A stretch of DNA of 64,000 nt from Actinomycetales bacterium. GTDB taxonomy: Bacteria > Actinomycetota > Actinomycetes > Actinomycetales > JBBRBF01. The notes under the pieces were generated by a model that did no database searches, was not told the origin of the DNA, and worked only from the letters and a program-made list of their open reading frames with translations. The stretch is taken from positions 4,930-68,929 of the forward strand of contig JBBRBF010000013.1 of the NCBI GenBank assembly GCA_038206105.1, written 5' to 3'. Positions 42,418 to 54,046 of the stretch are shown in pieces. The position numbers were made by a program, and so were the translations under genes. Numbering within the stretch: position 1 is the first letter of the stretch; every line of letters starts with the position of its first letter.

Positions 42418-43542
42418 TCAGGCCGGCTGGTACGGCGAGACGACGACCTCCACGCGCTGGAACTCCTTGAGGTCGGAGTAGCCGGTGGTGGCCATCGCGC
42501 GTCGCAGGGCGCCGACGAGGTTGGTCGTCCCGTCGGCGAGGCGTCCGGGCCCGAACAGGATCTCGCGCATCGACCCGACGGTGCCCACCCGCATCCGCTG
42601 GCCGCGGGGCAGCTCCGGGTGGTGTGCCTCAGGCCCCCAGTGCCAGCCGCGACCCGGTGCCTCGGCGGCGCGGGCCAGGGCGGCGCCCAGCATCACCGCG
42701 TCGGCGCCGCAGGCCACCGCGCGCACGAGGTCACCCGAGCGCCCGACCCCGCCGTCGGCGATGACGTGGACATACCGGCCGCCGGACTCGTCCATGTAGT
42801 CTCGGCGCGCCGCCGCGACGTCAGCCACGGCGGTCGCCATCGGGGCGTGGATGCCGGTCACCAGGCGCGTCGTGTGAGCCGCCCCGCCCCCGAAGCCAAC
42901 GAGCACGCCGGCCGCGCCGGTCCGCATCAGGTGCAGCGCCGCGGTGTACGTCGCGCAGCCGCCGACGACGACCGGCACGTCGAGCTCGTAGATGAAGCGC
43001 TTGAGGTTCAGCGGCTCGGCACGACCCGAGACGTGCTCCGCCGAGACGGTCGTGCCACGGATCACGAAGAGGTCGACGCCGGCGTCCACGACGGTCTTCC
43101 AGAGCTGCTGCGTGCGCTGCGGGGTGAGCGCCCCGGCGACGGTGACCCCCGCCCGACGTACCTCCGCCAGCCGCTCGGCGACGAGGTCGGGCTGGATGTC
43201 GGCGGCGTAGACCTCCTGCATCCGCCGGGTCGCCCCGGCCTCGTCGAGCGAGGCGATCTCGGCGAGAAGCGGCTCCGGGTCGGCATAGCGGGTCCACAGC
43301 CCCTCGAGGTCGAGCACCCCGATCCCGCCCAGGCGGCCGAGCTCGATCGCGGTGGCCGGGGAGACCACCGAGTCCATCGGCGCCGCGAGGACGGGCAGGT
43401 CGACGTGGTAGGCGTCGATCTGCCAGCCGACCGAGACCTCCTCGGGGTCGCGCGTGCGCCGGCTCGGCACCACCGCGACGTCGTCGAAGGAGAACGCGCG
43501 GCGCCCCCGCTTGCCGCGACCGATCTCGATCTCGCTGCTCAC
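42418..43542 (-). CDS. guaB3: GuaB3-family IMPDH-related protein
   Basis: EIGRGKRGRRA, SRRTRDPEEV, LHLMRTGAAGVLVG and ATTGYSDLKEFQRVE. Confidence 0.93.
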   Translation of the reverse strand: MSSEIEIGRGKRGRRAFSFDDVAVVPSRRTRDPEEVSVGWQIDAYHVDLPVLAAPMDSVVSPATAIELGRLGGIGVLDLEGLWTRYADPEPLLAEIASLDEAGATRRMQEVYAADIQPDLVAERLAEVRRAGVTVAGALTPQRTQQLWKTVVDAGVDLFVIRGTTVSAEHVSGRAEPLNLKRFIYELDVPVVVGGCATYTAALHLMRTGAAGVLVGFGGGAAHTTRLVTGIHAPMATAVADVAAARRDYMDESGGRYVHVIADGGVGRSGDLVRAVACGADAVMLGAALARAAEAPGRGWHWGPEAHHPELPRGQRMRVGTVGSMREILFGPGRLADGTTNLVGALRRAMATTGYSDLKEFQRVEVVVSPYQPA

Positions 43543-43594
43543 GGCGAGCAGGCTACCGGCGGCCCCCGACGGCGCCCCGCTCGCCCGCGCCGCG

Positions 43595-45187
<1,593 letters not shown>

Positions 45188-45796
45188 TCAGCGCACGAGC
45201 CCCCAGCGGAAGCCCACGGCGACGGCCTGAGCGCGGTCGGCGGCCTCCAGCTTGCGGAACAGGCGACGGGCGTGGGTCTTCACCGTGTCCTCCGACAGGT
45301 ACAGCTCGCGACCGATCTCGGCGTTGCTGCACCCGCGACTCATGCCGGTCAGCACCTGGGTCTCGCGCTCGGTCAGCGCCGGCACGCGGCCCTCGGGGAC
45401 GTGTCGCCGCAGCCCGGACCCGCCCCTCGGCCCGGCGGCCACCACGGACAGCACCGCCGCCGCGAGCTCCTCGCGGACGGCGTCCTTGACGACGTAGCCC
45501 CGCGCACCGGCGGTGACCGCGCGGGCGACGCCATCGACGTCCTCGGCGACGGTGAGCACGAGGACGGCGGCCTCGGGGTGCCGTGACAGCAGCCGCCGCG
45601 TGGCCTCGACCCCGCCGATGCCCGGCATCCGGACGTCCATCAGCACGAGCGAAGGGCGCTCGGCCGGCCAGCGGGCGAGAACCTCCTCGCCGGAGGACGC
45701 GGTGACGACGCGGGTGACCCCGGCGACCTGCGCGACGGACCTGCGCAGGGTCTCACGCACCAACGGGGAGTCGTCGCACACGAGCACGGTCGACAC
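45188..45796 (-). CDS. bldM: Orphan response regulator, BldM orthologue
   Basis: VLVCDDSPL..GEEVL.RW..LMDVRMPG.GGVE..LTVAED.DGVA.AV.AGARGY..K..SNAEIGREL.LSEDTVKTHARRLF.KL...GFRWGLVR closely follows Streptomyces BldM; whiD-bldM-guaB synteny. Confidence 0.85.
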   Translation of the reverse strand: MSTVLVCDDSPLVRETLRRSVAQVAGVTRVVTASSGEEVLARWPAERPSLVLMDVRMPGIGGVEATRRLLSRHPEAAVLVLTVAEDVDGVARAVTAGARGYVVKDAVREELAAAVLSVVAAGPRGGSGLRRHVPEGRVPALTERETQVLTGMSRGCSNAEIGRELYLSEDTVKTHARRLFRKLEAADRAQAVAVGFRWGLVR

Positions 45797-45871
45797 GGCT
45801 GCACCACCTTCACCCCGGCGGGTCCGACGGGACGCCCGTGCCGGGTCCGTCCCCGGGCATCCGGGATGTCC

Positions 45872-45898
45872 ATCGGCAGGTCCGGCGCCGAACGTGAG
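45872..45898 (-). promoter_or_regulatory. sigma28 (FliA/WhiG)-like promoter upstream of bldM
   Basis: CTCA-N17-GCCGAT. Confidence 0.55.
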
Positions 45899-45942
45899 CG
45901 CCGAGGGGCGGATCATGGCGCGGGCGGACCACCCGCCTGGCC

Positions 45943-46986
45943 TCAGCCGGCGGAGAGGGTGATCTCCCGTACCGCCTCGTCGAGGGACGCGACGTGCAGC
46001 GGCCGCGATGCCGCCCCCTCGGGCAGCTCCAGACCCTGCCACCCCGGCCCACCGAGGACGAGTCGCGGCGCCGGACGGATCCGCGGGACCGCCTCGAGCT
46101 GCGACGGGTCCGCGACCGGCATCGACGCGAACACGAAGACCGCGGCGGGCCCGAGCCGCCGCACCGCCGAGGTCAGCGCCTCCCGGGGGACCCGGGCTCC
46201 CAGCACGCGGACACCGATGCCGCGCTCCGCCAGCGCGGCGCCGAGCACGTGCACCGGCAGGCTGTGCTGCTCGTCCTCCGCGCACGCCAGTAGCGCCACC
46301 GCCCCACTGGCGGGCTCCGGGGTCCGCAGCGAGCGCAGGACCGCCAGGACGCTCTCGGTGAGCAGGTGCTCGACGTCGACGCCGGCGCCGGTGGTCTCCC
46401 ACCGGCGGCCGATCGCGGTCAGCACGGGCAGCACGAGGGCCCCGTACGTCGTGGGCACGTCGGACGCGTAGATCGCGTCGCGCAGGATCGTGACGCACGC
46501 GTCGCCGTCGAGGGCCATCGCTGCCCGGGCCAGGCCACGCTCGGCCGGGCCCGCATCGGGCTGGGCCACGACCCGGCCGCCGCCTGCGGGACCGGCCTCG
46601 GCGAGCGCGCCGGCGACGAGCCCGGACATCGCCTCGGTGTCCGCCGGCTCGACGGGCACCCCGGCCTCGGCCAACGAGGAGACCACCATCGCCAGCACCG
46701 ACGCACCCTCGTCCTGCATCGAGGTGCTCACAGCCACGCGCGACGCCTCTGCCGGCGGCACCCCCTGCAGGGTGAGCCGGCGCATCACGACGAGCCGGCC
46801 GAGGTCGGCCGCGGAGTAGCGCCGGTGCGCACCGGCGGTGTGCTCGCTAGGCCCGAGCTCGTAGCGGCGTGCCCACGTGCGCAGCGTCGCCGGCGCCACG
46901 CCGAGCCGGCGAGCCACCGCAGCGACCGTGAGCATCGGCGAGACGGGGTCGTCCACCGGTTCCTCGTCGGCCGGCGGCGGGGTCAT
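45943..46986 (-). CDS. MerR-family regulator with a cobalamin-binding domain (CarH/LitR-like)
   Basis: MerR HTH (VARRLGVAPATLRTW..HRRYS), W-x9-EH (WETTGAGVDVEH), ExHxxP (EQHSLP), LGARVP and GG. GAGAAT -10 lies 7 nt before the ATG. Confidence 0.85.
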   Translation of the reverse strand: MTPPPADEEPVDDPVSPMLTVAAVARRLGVAPATLRTWARRYELGPSEHTAGAHRRYSAADLGRLVVMRRLTLQGVPPAEASRVAVSTSMQDEGASVLAMVVSSLAEAGVPVEPADTEAMSGLVAGALAEAGPAGGGRVVAQPDAGPAERGLARAAMALDGDACVTILRDAIYASDVPTTYGALVLPVLTAIGRRWETTGAGVDVEHLLTESVLAVLRSLRTPEPASGAVALLACAEDEQHSLPVHVLGAALAERGIGVRVLGARVPREALTSAVRRLGPAAVFVFASMPVADPSQLEAVPRIRPAPRLVLGGPGWQGLELPEGAASRPLHVASLDEAVREITLSAG

Positions 46987-47101
46987 AGCCTTCATTCTCG
47001 GAGCACCCGCCGGGTGCGGCCACCCGACAGCGGCCCACTGCCGGCCAGCCGGGCCTCGACACCGGGGACGCGGACGTGGCAGTGTCGCGTGCGACACAGT
47101 C

Positions 47102-47154
47102 TGAACGACTCATGGCGCGAAGTACTTGAACAACCTCTGGCGCGGTTGTAGGTT
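47102..47154 (+). promoter_or_regulatory. whiD/whiB3 promoter TTGAAC-N17-TAGGTT with two 18-bp direct repeats TGAACRAC-nnn-TGGCGCG
   Basis: Repeats at 47102-47119 and 47127-47144; -35 at 47126-47131; -10 at 47149-47154. Confidence 0.65.
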
Positions 47155-47191
47155 CCTCTCACACGCACCGCACGCAACCTCGGAGGAAGTC

Positions 47192-47494
47192 ATGGCAGAG
47201 ATCTCCCGGCTCCCCGGTCCCGTCGCCGACCTGTGGGACTGGCAGCTCATCGGCGCGTGCCGCGAGGCCGACCCGACGCTGTTCTTCCACCCCGAGGGCG
47301 AGCGCGGCCCGGCCCGGCGCAACCGTGACGCCGCCGCCCAGGCCGTCTGTGGCTCGTGCCCGGTGATGCAGCAGTGCCGCGAGCACGCGCTGGCCGTCCG
47401 GGAGCCGTACGGCGTGTGGGGCGGGCTCACCGAGGACGACCGCGAGCGGGTCTACCTCGACCAGCGCGCTGCCAGGATGCCGGCCGCCAGCTGA
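47192..47494 (+). CDS. whiD: WhiB-family Fe-S regulator, WhiD/WhiB3 class
   Basis: SRLPGP..LWDWQL.GAC, FFHPEGERG, C..CPV..QC and EPYGVWGGLTE. GGAGG RBS. Confidence 0.93.
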   Translation: MAEISRLPGPVADLWDWQLIGACREADPTLFFHPEGERGPARRNRDAAAQAVCGSCPVMQQCREHALAVREPYGVWGGLTEDDRERVYLDQRAARMPAAS

Positions 47495-47524
47495 CGTCGC
47501 GGACCCGACACCCGGGTCACGAGC

Positions 47525-47569
47525 ACGCGCAAGGGCCCGCCCCCCGATCGGGGGCGGGCCCTTGCGCGT
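47525..47569. terminator. Long near-perfect hairpin, bidirectional terminator between whiD and groEL1
   Basis: acgcgcaagggcccgccccc..gggggcgggcccttgcgcgt. Confidence 0.85.
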
Positions 47570-47591
47570 CTCGACGAGCGGGTCCGAGCGG

Positions 47592-49229
<1,638 letters not shown>

Positions 49230-49383
49230 TCACGACGGACGCCCCGGCGACCGGCGGTGCCGGCCCGCCGGGGCGGTCGTCGACCTGGTGTGGTCGTGGT
49301 CCCGGACGGCGTCGCCGTCCAGGGGTGCGGGCGACGGGGCGCCCGCGGTGTGCTGGTCGATCAGGTGCGGCTGTGCTGGTGGA

Positions 49384-49677
49384 TCAGGAGACGACGGCGA
49401 GGACGTCGCGGGCGGAGAGGATCAGCAGATCGTCGCCGCCGTACTTGACCTCGGTGCCGCCGTACTTGGAGTAGATGACCTTGTCGCCGACCTGGACGTC
49501 GACCGGCACGCGCTGGCCGTTGTCGTCGACGCGGCCCGGGCCCACCGACAGGACCTCGCCCTCCTGGGGCTTCTCCTTCGCGGTGTCCGGGATGACGAGG
49601 CCGGAGGCCGTCGTCTGCTCTGCCTCGAGCGGCTTGACGACGATGCGGTCCTCGAGCGGCTTGATGGAGACCGACAC
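49384..49677 (-). CDS. groES: Co-chaperonin GroES
   Basis: [28 protein letters not shown] and YSKYGGTEV. Confidence 0.97.
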   Translation of the reverse strand: MSVSIKPLEDRIVVKPLEAEQTTASGLVIPDTAKEKPQEGEVLSVGPGRVDDNGQRVPVDVQVGDKVIYSKYGGTEVKYGGDDLLILSARDVLAVVS

Positions 49678-49778
49678 TGTGCGGACCTCCCCTTCGCTAC
49701 TAGCGGGAAAAGACGGACGTGGGTGCGCTGCGTCTCGCCGCCCGTCGTCGCGGGTGCCGGCCGGCGTGGCCGCAGCGG

Positions 49779-49840
49779 CTGGCACCCTGACGTGCCGAGT
49801 GCCAGCCGCGAAGTTAGCACTCGGTCCGGGCGAGTGCCAA
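49779..49840. promoter_or_regulatory. Two CIRCE (HrcA) operators overlapping the groES promoter
   Basis: TTAGCACTC-N9-GAGTGCCAA (49814-49840) and CTGGCACCC-N9-GAGTGCCAG (49779-49805). Minus-strand promoter TTGGCA-N18-TAACTT. Confidence 0.92.
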
Positions 49841-49857
49841 CCCCCCGCCCCTCTCCT

Positions 49858-49943
49858 GGTGATCATGCGATCCGGGTCCGCCGGCACGCGCGCCACCGGC
49901 CCCGCGCTCCGGTGATCATGCGGTGATCACGCGATCCGGGTCG
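49858..49943 (+). repeat. GGTGATCAYGCG-variant repeats (two full, one truncated) in the divergent groES/methyltransferase gap
   Basis: Copies at 49858-49879, 49911-49921 and 49922-49943. Confidence 0.8.
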
Positions 49944-49979
49944 GCCACGCCGCGGCAGCCGCGTGACAGGATCCCCGCC

Positions 49980-51161
49980 GTGGACCCGGCGGCGATCTCG
50001 GCCCTGCTGACGCCCCGGGGCTGGGCGCTGCTGGAGTCTCTGCCACCGTACGACCAGGCCACCGCGATGGCGCTGGCGGAGCGGGTCCGCGCCGGCGGCG
50101 AGGACCCCGCCCTGGTGGCCGCTGCGCTGACCCAGTCCCGGCTGCGGACGCGTGCCCGCACGAAGTTCGGGCCGTTCGCCGACGGCATGCTCTTCACCCC
50201 CGACGGCCTGGAGCAGGCGACCCGGCTCGAGGTCGCCGCCCACCACGGGCAGCGGTTCGCGGCCGCGGGCACGTCCCGGGTGGCCGACCTCGGGTGCGGC
50301 ATCGGGGGCGACGCGATGGCCCTGGCCGGTCTCGACCTGGGCGTGCTCGCCGTCGAGCGCGACGCTGCAACCGCGGCCGCCGCCACCGTCAACCTGCGCC
50401 ACTTCGCCCAGGCGGAGGTCCGCCACGAGGACCTGCGGGCGACCTCGCTGGACGGCATCGACGGCGTCTTCTGCGACCCGGCGCGCCGTGACGCCGGCGG
50501 CCGCCGCGTGCTCGATCCGCACCGGGCCAGCCCGCCCTGGGACGTCGTGCTCGGCCTCGTCGCACGCGTCCCCGCGGCCGGGGCGAAGGTGGCCCCCGGC
50601 ATCCCCCACGACCTCGTGCCTGCCGGCGCGGAGGCGCAGTGGGTCTCGGTGGACGGCGACGTCGTCGAGGCCGGCGTCTGGTTCGGTGCCGCCGCGCGCC
50701 CGGGCGTGCGCCGCAGCGCGCTGCTGCTGCGGGGCGGACGGGCGCACGCCGTGGACGACCCCGGCATGGCCGCCGCGGAGGTGGGCGCCGTCGGCCGCTA
50801 CCTGTACGAGCCGGACGGCGCTGTCGTGCGGGCGGGGCTGGTCGCCCGCGTCGCGGAGGAGGTCGGCGGGCACCTCGTGGACGCCTCGATCGCATACGTC
50901 ACCTCCGACCGGGCCGTCGTCACGCCCCTGGCCCGGACCCTCGTCGTGGACGAGGCGATGCCCTTCTCGCTGAAGGGCCTGCGCGAGGCGCTGCGCGTGC
51001 GCGGGGTGGGCCGCGTCGAGATCCTCAAACGCGGCTCGGCGGTGGACGTGGAGGACCTGCGCCGCCGGCTCCGGCTGCAGGGCGCCGCCGCCACCAGCGT
51101 CGTGCTGACCCGCGTCGCCGGCCGGCAGAGCGCGCTGCTCTGCCACCCCCTCCCCGGCTGA
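49980..51161 (+). CDS. Class I SAM-dependent methyltransferase with a THUMP-like domain
   Basis: EQATR, DLGCGIGGD, DPARR, AKVAPG, EPDGAVVRAGL and EILKRG; conserved next to groES. Confidence 0.88.
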   Translation: MDPAAISALLTPRGWALLESLPPYDQATAMALAERVRAGGEDPALVAAALTQSRLRTRARTKFGPFADGMLFTPDGLEQATRLEVAAHHGQRFAAAGTSRVADLGCGIGGDAMALAGLDLGVLAVERDAATAAAATVNLRHFAQAEVRHEDLRATSLDGIDGVFCDPARRDAGGRRVLDPHRASPPWDVVLGLVARVPAAGAKVAPGIPHDLVPAGAEAQWVSVDGDVVEAGVWFGAAARPGVRRSALLLRGGRAHAVDDPGMAAAEVGAVGRYLYEPDGAVVRAGLVARVAEEVGGHLVDASIAYVTSDRAVVTPLARTLVVDEAMPFSLKGLREALRVRGVGRVEILKRGSAVDVEDLRRRLRLQGAAATSVVLTRVAGRQSALLCHPLPG

Positions 51162-51178
51162 CGCCACCCCCCCCCCCC

Positions 51179-51263
51179 GGTGATCATGCACTCCGGGTCC
51201 GCCCCCGCCCGGTGATCATGCACTCCGGGTCCGCCCCCGCCGGTGATCATGCACTCCCGGTAC
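51179..51263 (+). repeat. Three tandem copies (32/31-bp period) of the GGTGATCATGCAC repeat, preceded by a C12 tract
   Basis: GGTGATCATGCACTCCGGGTCC at 51179 and 51211; GGTGATCATGCACTCCCGGTAC at 51242. Confidence 0.92.
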
Positions 51264-51271
51264 CCCTCTGC

Positions 51272-52318
51272 TCAGGCGAGCACCCGGTCCACCGGCATCG
51301 AGGAGTCCGCCGGCAGGTCCAGCCCGGACGCCGCCCTGCCGCGGGCCACGAGCTGCGCCCCCAGCGCCGCCACCATCGCCCCGTTGTCGGTGCACAGCCC
51401 CGGCCGCGGCACCCGCAGCGTGATCCCCGCCGCCTCGCACCGCTGCGCCGCCAGCGCCCGCAGCCGCGAGTTCGCCGCCACCCCGCCCCCGACGAGGAGG
51501 TGGTCGACGCCCTGGTGGCGGCAGGCGTCCACCGCCTTGCGGGTCAGGACGTCGACGACGGCCTCGGTGAACGCGGCGGCGACGTCGGCGACGGGCACCG
51601 GCTCCCCGTCCGCCTCGCGCTGCTCCACCCACCGGGCCACGGCGGTCTTCAGCCCCGAGAAGGAGAAGTCGAAGCGGTGCCGCTCGAGGTCACGGGCCGA
51701 GGACAGCCCCCGGGGGAAGGCGATGGCGCCCGGGTCGCCGCCCGCGGAGACCCGGTCGACGTGCGGACCGCCCGGGAACGGCAGGCCGAGCAGCCGCGCG
51801 ACCTTGTCGAACGCCTCCCCGGCGGCGTCGTCGATCGTGGCGCCCAGCGGCCGGACGTCGGCGGTGACGTCGGGCACGAGCAGCAGCGAGGAGTGCCCGC
51901 CGCTGACGAGCAGGGCGCAGGTCGGCTCCGGCAGCGGGCCGTGCTCCAGCACGTCGACGGCGACGTGCGCCGCCAGGTGGTTCACCCCGTACAGCGGCAC
52001 CCCGAGGCCGACCGCGAACGCCTTCGCGGCCGCCACCCCCACGAGCAGTGCGCCGGCGAGCCCCGGGCCGCTCGTCACCGCGACGGCGTCGACGTCGCCC
52101 AGACCCACCCCCGCCTCACGGCAGGCCCGCTCGACGGTGGGCACCATCGCCTCCAGGTGCGCCCGGCTGGCGACCTCGGGGACGACGCCGCCGAAGCGCG
52201 CGTGCTCGTCGACGCTGCTGGCGACGGCGTCCGCGAGCAGGCGTCCGCCGCGCACGAGGCCGATCCCGGTCTCGTCGCAGGAGGTCTCGATCCCGAGGAC
52301 CAGCGGGGCGTCGCTCAC
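51272..52318 (-). CDS. tsaD: tRNA N6-adenosine threonylcarbamoyltransferase
   Basis: [43 protein letters not shown] and CTDNGAM. Confidence 0.96.
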   Translation of the reverse strand: MSDAPLVLGIETSCDETGIGLVRGGRLLADAVASSVDEHARFGGVVPEVASRAHLEAMVPTVERACREAGVGLGDVDAVAVTSGPGLAGALLVGVAAAKAFAVGLGVPLYGVNHLAAHVAVDVLEHGPLPEPTCALLVSGGHSSLLLVPDVTADVRPLGATIDDAAGEAFDKVARLLGLPFPGGPHVDRVSAGGDPGAIAFPRGLSSARDLERHRFDFSFSGLKTAVARWVEQREADGEPVPVADVAAAFTEAVVDVLTRKAVDACRHQGVDHLLVGGGVAANSRLRALAAQRCEAAGITLRVPRPGLCTDNGAMVAALGAQLVARGRAASGLDLPADSSMPVDRVLA

Positions 52319-52806
52319 GGCGCCAGCGTAGGCAGCGGCCGCAGCCGCATCACGTGCGCGTCGACGTCCCCGGGCTGGTAGTACCGGCGCCGCACCGCGA
52401 TCCGCTCGAAGCCCCGGGACCGGTACAGCGCGGCGGCCGCCCCGCCGTCCGCCCGCACCTCCAGCAGCAGCGACGTGGCGCCCTCGCGGGCCGCGTGCCC
52501 CACCAGGGCGTCCAGCAGCAGCGCGCCCGCGCCGCGGCCCCGCAGGTGGGCCGCGACTGCGAGGGTCTGCACGTCGGCGGTTGCACCGCCGAGCGCCAGG
52601 CCGGCGTAGCCGAGCGGCTCGTCGGGCGCGTCCGGCGCGACGAGCACCCGATACCAGCGACCCGGCGCTGCCAGCTCGGACCAGAACGTCTCCGCGCTCC
52701 ACGCGGTCGCGCCGAAGGCGTCGCGCTCAAGGGCCGCGACGGCGGCGACGTGCCACCAGCGCATCCGAGCGTGCACGAGCCCGGCCGCCGGGGCCGTCGG
52801 GCTCAC
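52315..52806 (-). CDS. rimI: RimI-like GNAT N-acetyltransferase
   Basis: MRWWH, RGRGAG, LLEVR, LY..GF and RRRYYQP. Confidence 0.88.
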   Translation of the reverse strand: MSPTAPAAGLVHARMRWWHVAAVAALERDAFGATAWSAETFWSELAAPGRWYRVLVAPDAPDEPLGYAGLALGGATADVQTLAVAAHLRGRGAGALLLDALVGHAAREGATSLLLEVRADGGAAAALYRSRGFERIAVRRRYYQPGDVDAHVMRLRPLPTLAP

Positions 52807-53507
52807 GACCGCACGCGCTTGGGGGGCCCCGGGGTGGCGACGTCGGGGCGGCGCAGGTACAGCGGGTCCGGGGGCAGCAGTCCCGCGCCTCCGGGCTCGG
52901 CGACCTCACCCGCCGCGAGCCGCCGGGCGACCTCCGCGGCGACGGCGCCGGCCGCCGGGTCCGCCGGCTCGGCGTGCACCGCGGTCGCCCCCGGGGCGAG
53001 GCGGTCGGCGTAGAGCCCGGCCCCCCGGCCGACCACCACGGCGCCGGCGACGTCGACCGCGTCCGCCGGCCCGACCTCCGGGCCGTGCGTGCGGATGGCG
53101 ACCCCGCCGGTGACCCGGTAGCGCGCCGAGTAGACCTCACGCCGTCGAGCGTCGGTGAGGACCACGACGTCCGTCCCGTCCGCGGCGAGGCCCGCGTCGG
53201 CGGCGGCAGCCGCGAGCGCGTCGAGGCTGCACACGGCGTGCACCCCCACGCCGAAAACGTGGCCGAGGGTGCGGGCGGTGACAAGGCCCACGCGCAGCCC
53301 GGTGAACGGGCCCGGACCGGCCCCGACCGCCACGTCGGTGACGTCGCTGCGCCCCGCGCCGGCCGCGGCGAGCACCTCGGTGAGCATCGGCGCGAGCAGC
53401 TCGGCGTGCCGGCGCGGGTCGTGCACCGAGCGCTCGGCGAGCAGGCGCCCGCCGTCGTGGACGGCGGCACCGACCGCGGCGGAGGTGTCGAGGGCGAGCA
53501 GCAGCAC
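52803..53507 (-). CDS. tsaB: t6A biosynthesis protein TsaB
   Basis: LALDTS, HAELLAP, GPGPFTGLRVG, DARRREVY and PLYLRRPD. Confidence 0.93.
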   Translation of the reverse strand: MLLLALDTSAAVGAAVHDGGRLLAERSVHDPRRHAELLAPMLTEVLAAAGAGRSDVTDVAVGAGPGPFTGLRVGLVTARTLGHVFGVGVHAVCSLDALAAAAADAGLAADGTDVVVLTDARRREVYSARYRVTGGVAIRTHGPEVGPADAVDVAGAVVVGRGAGLYADRLAPGATAVHAEPADPAAGAVAAEVARRLAAGEVAEPGGAGLLPPDPLYLRRPDVATPGPPKRVRS

Positions 53508-53518
53508 GACGTCGCAGG

Positions 53519-54046
53519 CTAGACGCCCGGCAACCCGACGCCGTCCCAGCGGGTCCCGACGCCCCGCAGGCGGACCGTGCGGGGGACGGGCGCGTCGCCA
53601 CCGCCGTCGACACCACCGTCGACCGCGGGGCCGACGTCCGTCCCGCCGCGGGGGCGCTGCAGCCGCACCTCCAGCCGGTCCCCGGACAGCGCCTCGACCA
53701 GGCCCTCGCCCCACTCCACGACGGTGACGGAGTCCGCCAGCGAGGCGTCCAGGTCGAGGTCGTCCACCTCGTCGAGCCCCGACAGGCGGTACGCGTCGAC
53801 GTGCACGAGGTCGGGTCCGCCGCTCGTCGACGGGTGCACCCGGGCGATGACGAACGTCGGCGACGTCACCGCGCCGCGCACGCCGAGCCCCTCCCCGAGG
53901 CCCCGGACGAGGGTGGTCTTGCCCGCCCCGAGGCCGCCGGTGAGCAGTACGAGGTCCCCGGCGCGCAGCAGGCCCGCCAGCCGCTCCCCCAGGGCGTGCA
54001 TCTGCTCCGGGGTGGCGACGTGCAGCTCCCCCTCGGGGCCGCTCAC
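53519..54046 (-). CDS. tsaE: t6A biosynthesis ATPase TsaE
   Basis: GGLGAGKT, SPTFVI, HVDAYRL and VEWG. Confidence 0.94.
   Translation of the reverse strand: MSGPEGELHVATPEQMHALGERLAGLLRAGDLVLLTGGLGAGKTTLVRGLGEGLGVRGAVTSPTFVIARVHPSTSGGPDLVHVDAYRLSGLDEVDDLDLDASLADSVTVVEWGEGLVEALSGDRLEVRLQRPRGGTDVGPAVDGGVDGGGDAPVPRTVRLRGVGTRWDGVGLPGV

Noticed and set aside
51179-51263. Tandem 22-bp repeats with spacers read as a CRISPR array (also 3070-3156)
   Set aside because: Spacers are only ~10 bp, low-complexity and near-identical within a locus. There is no leader or cas gene, and the unit is dispersed and also occurs inverted.
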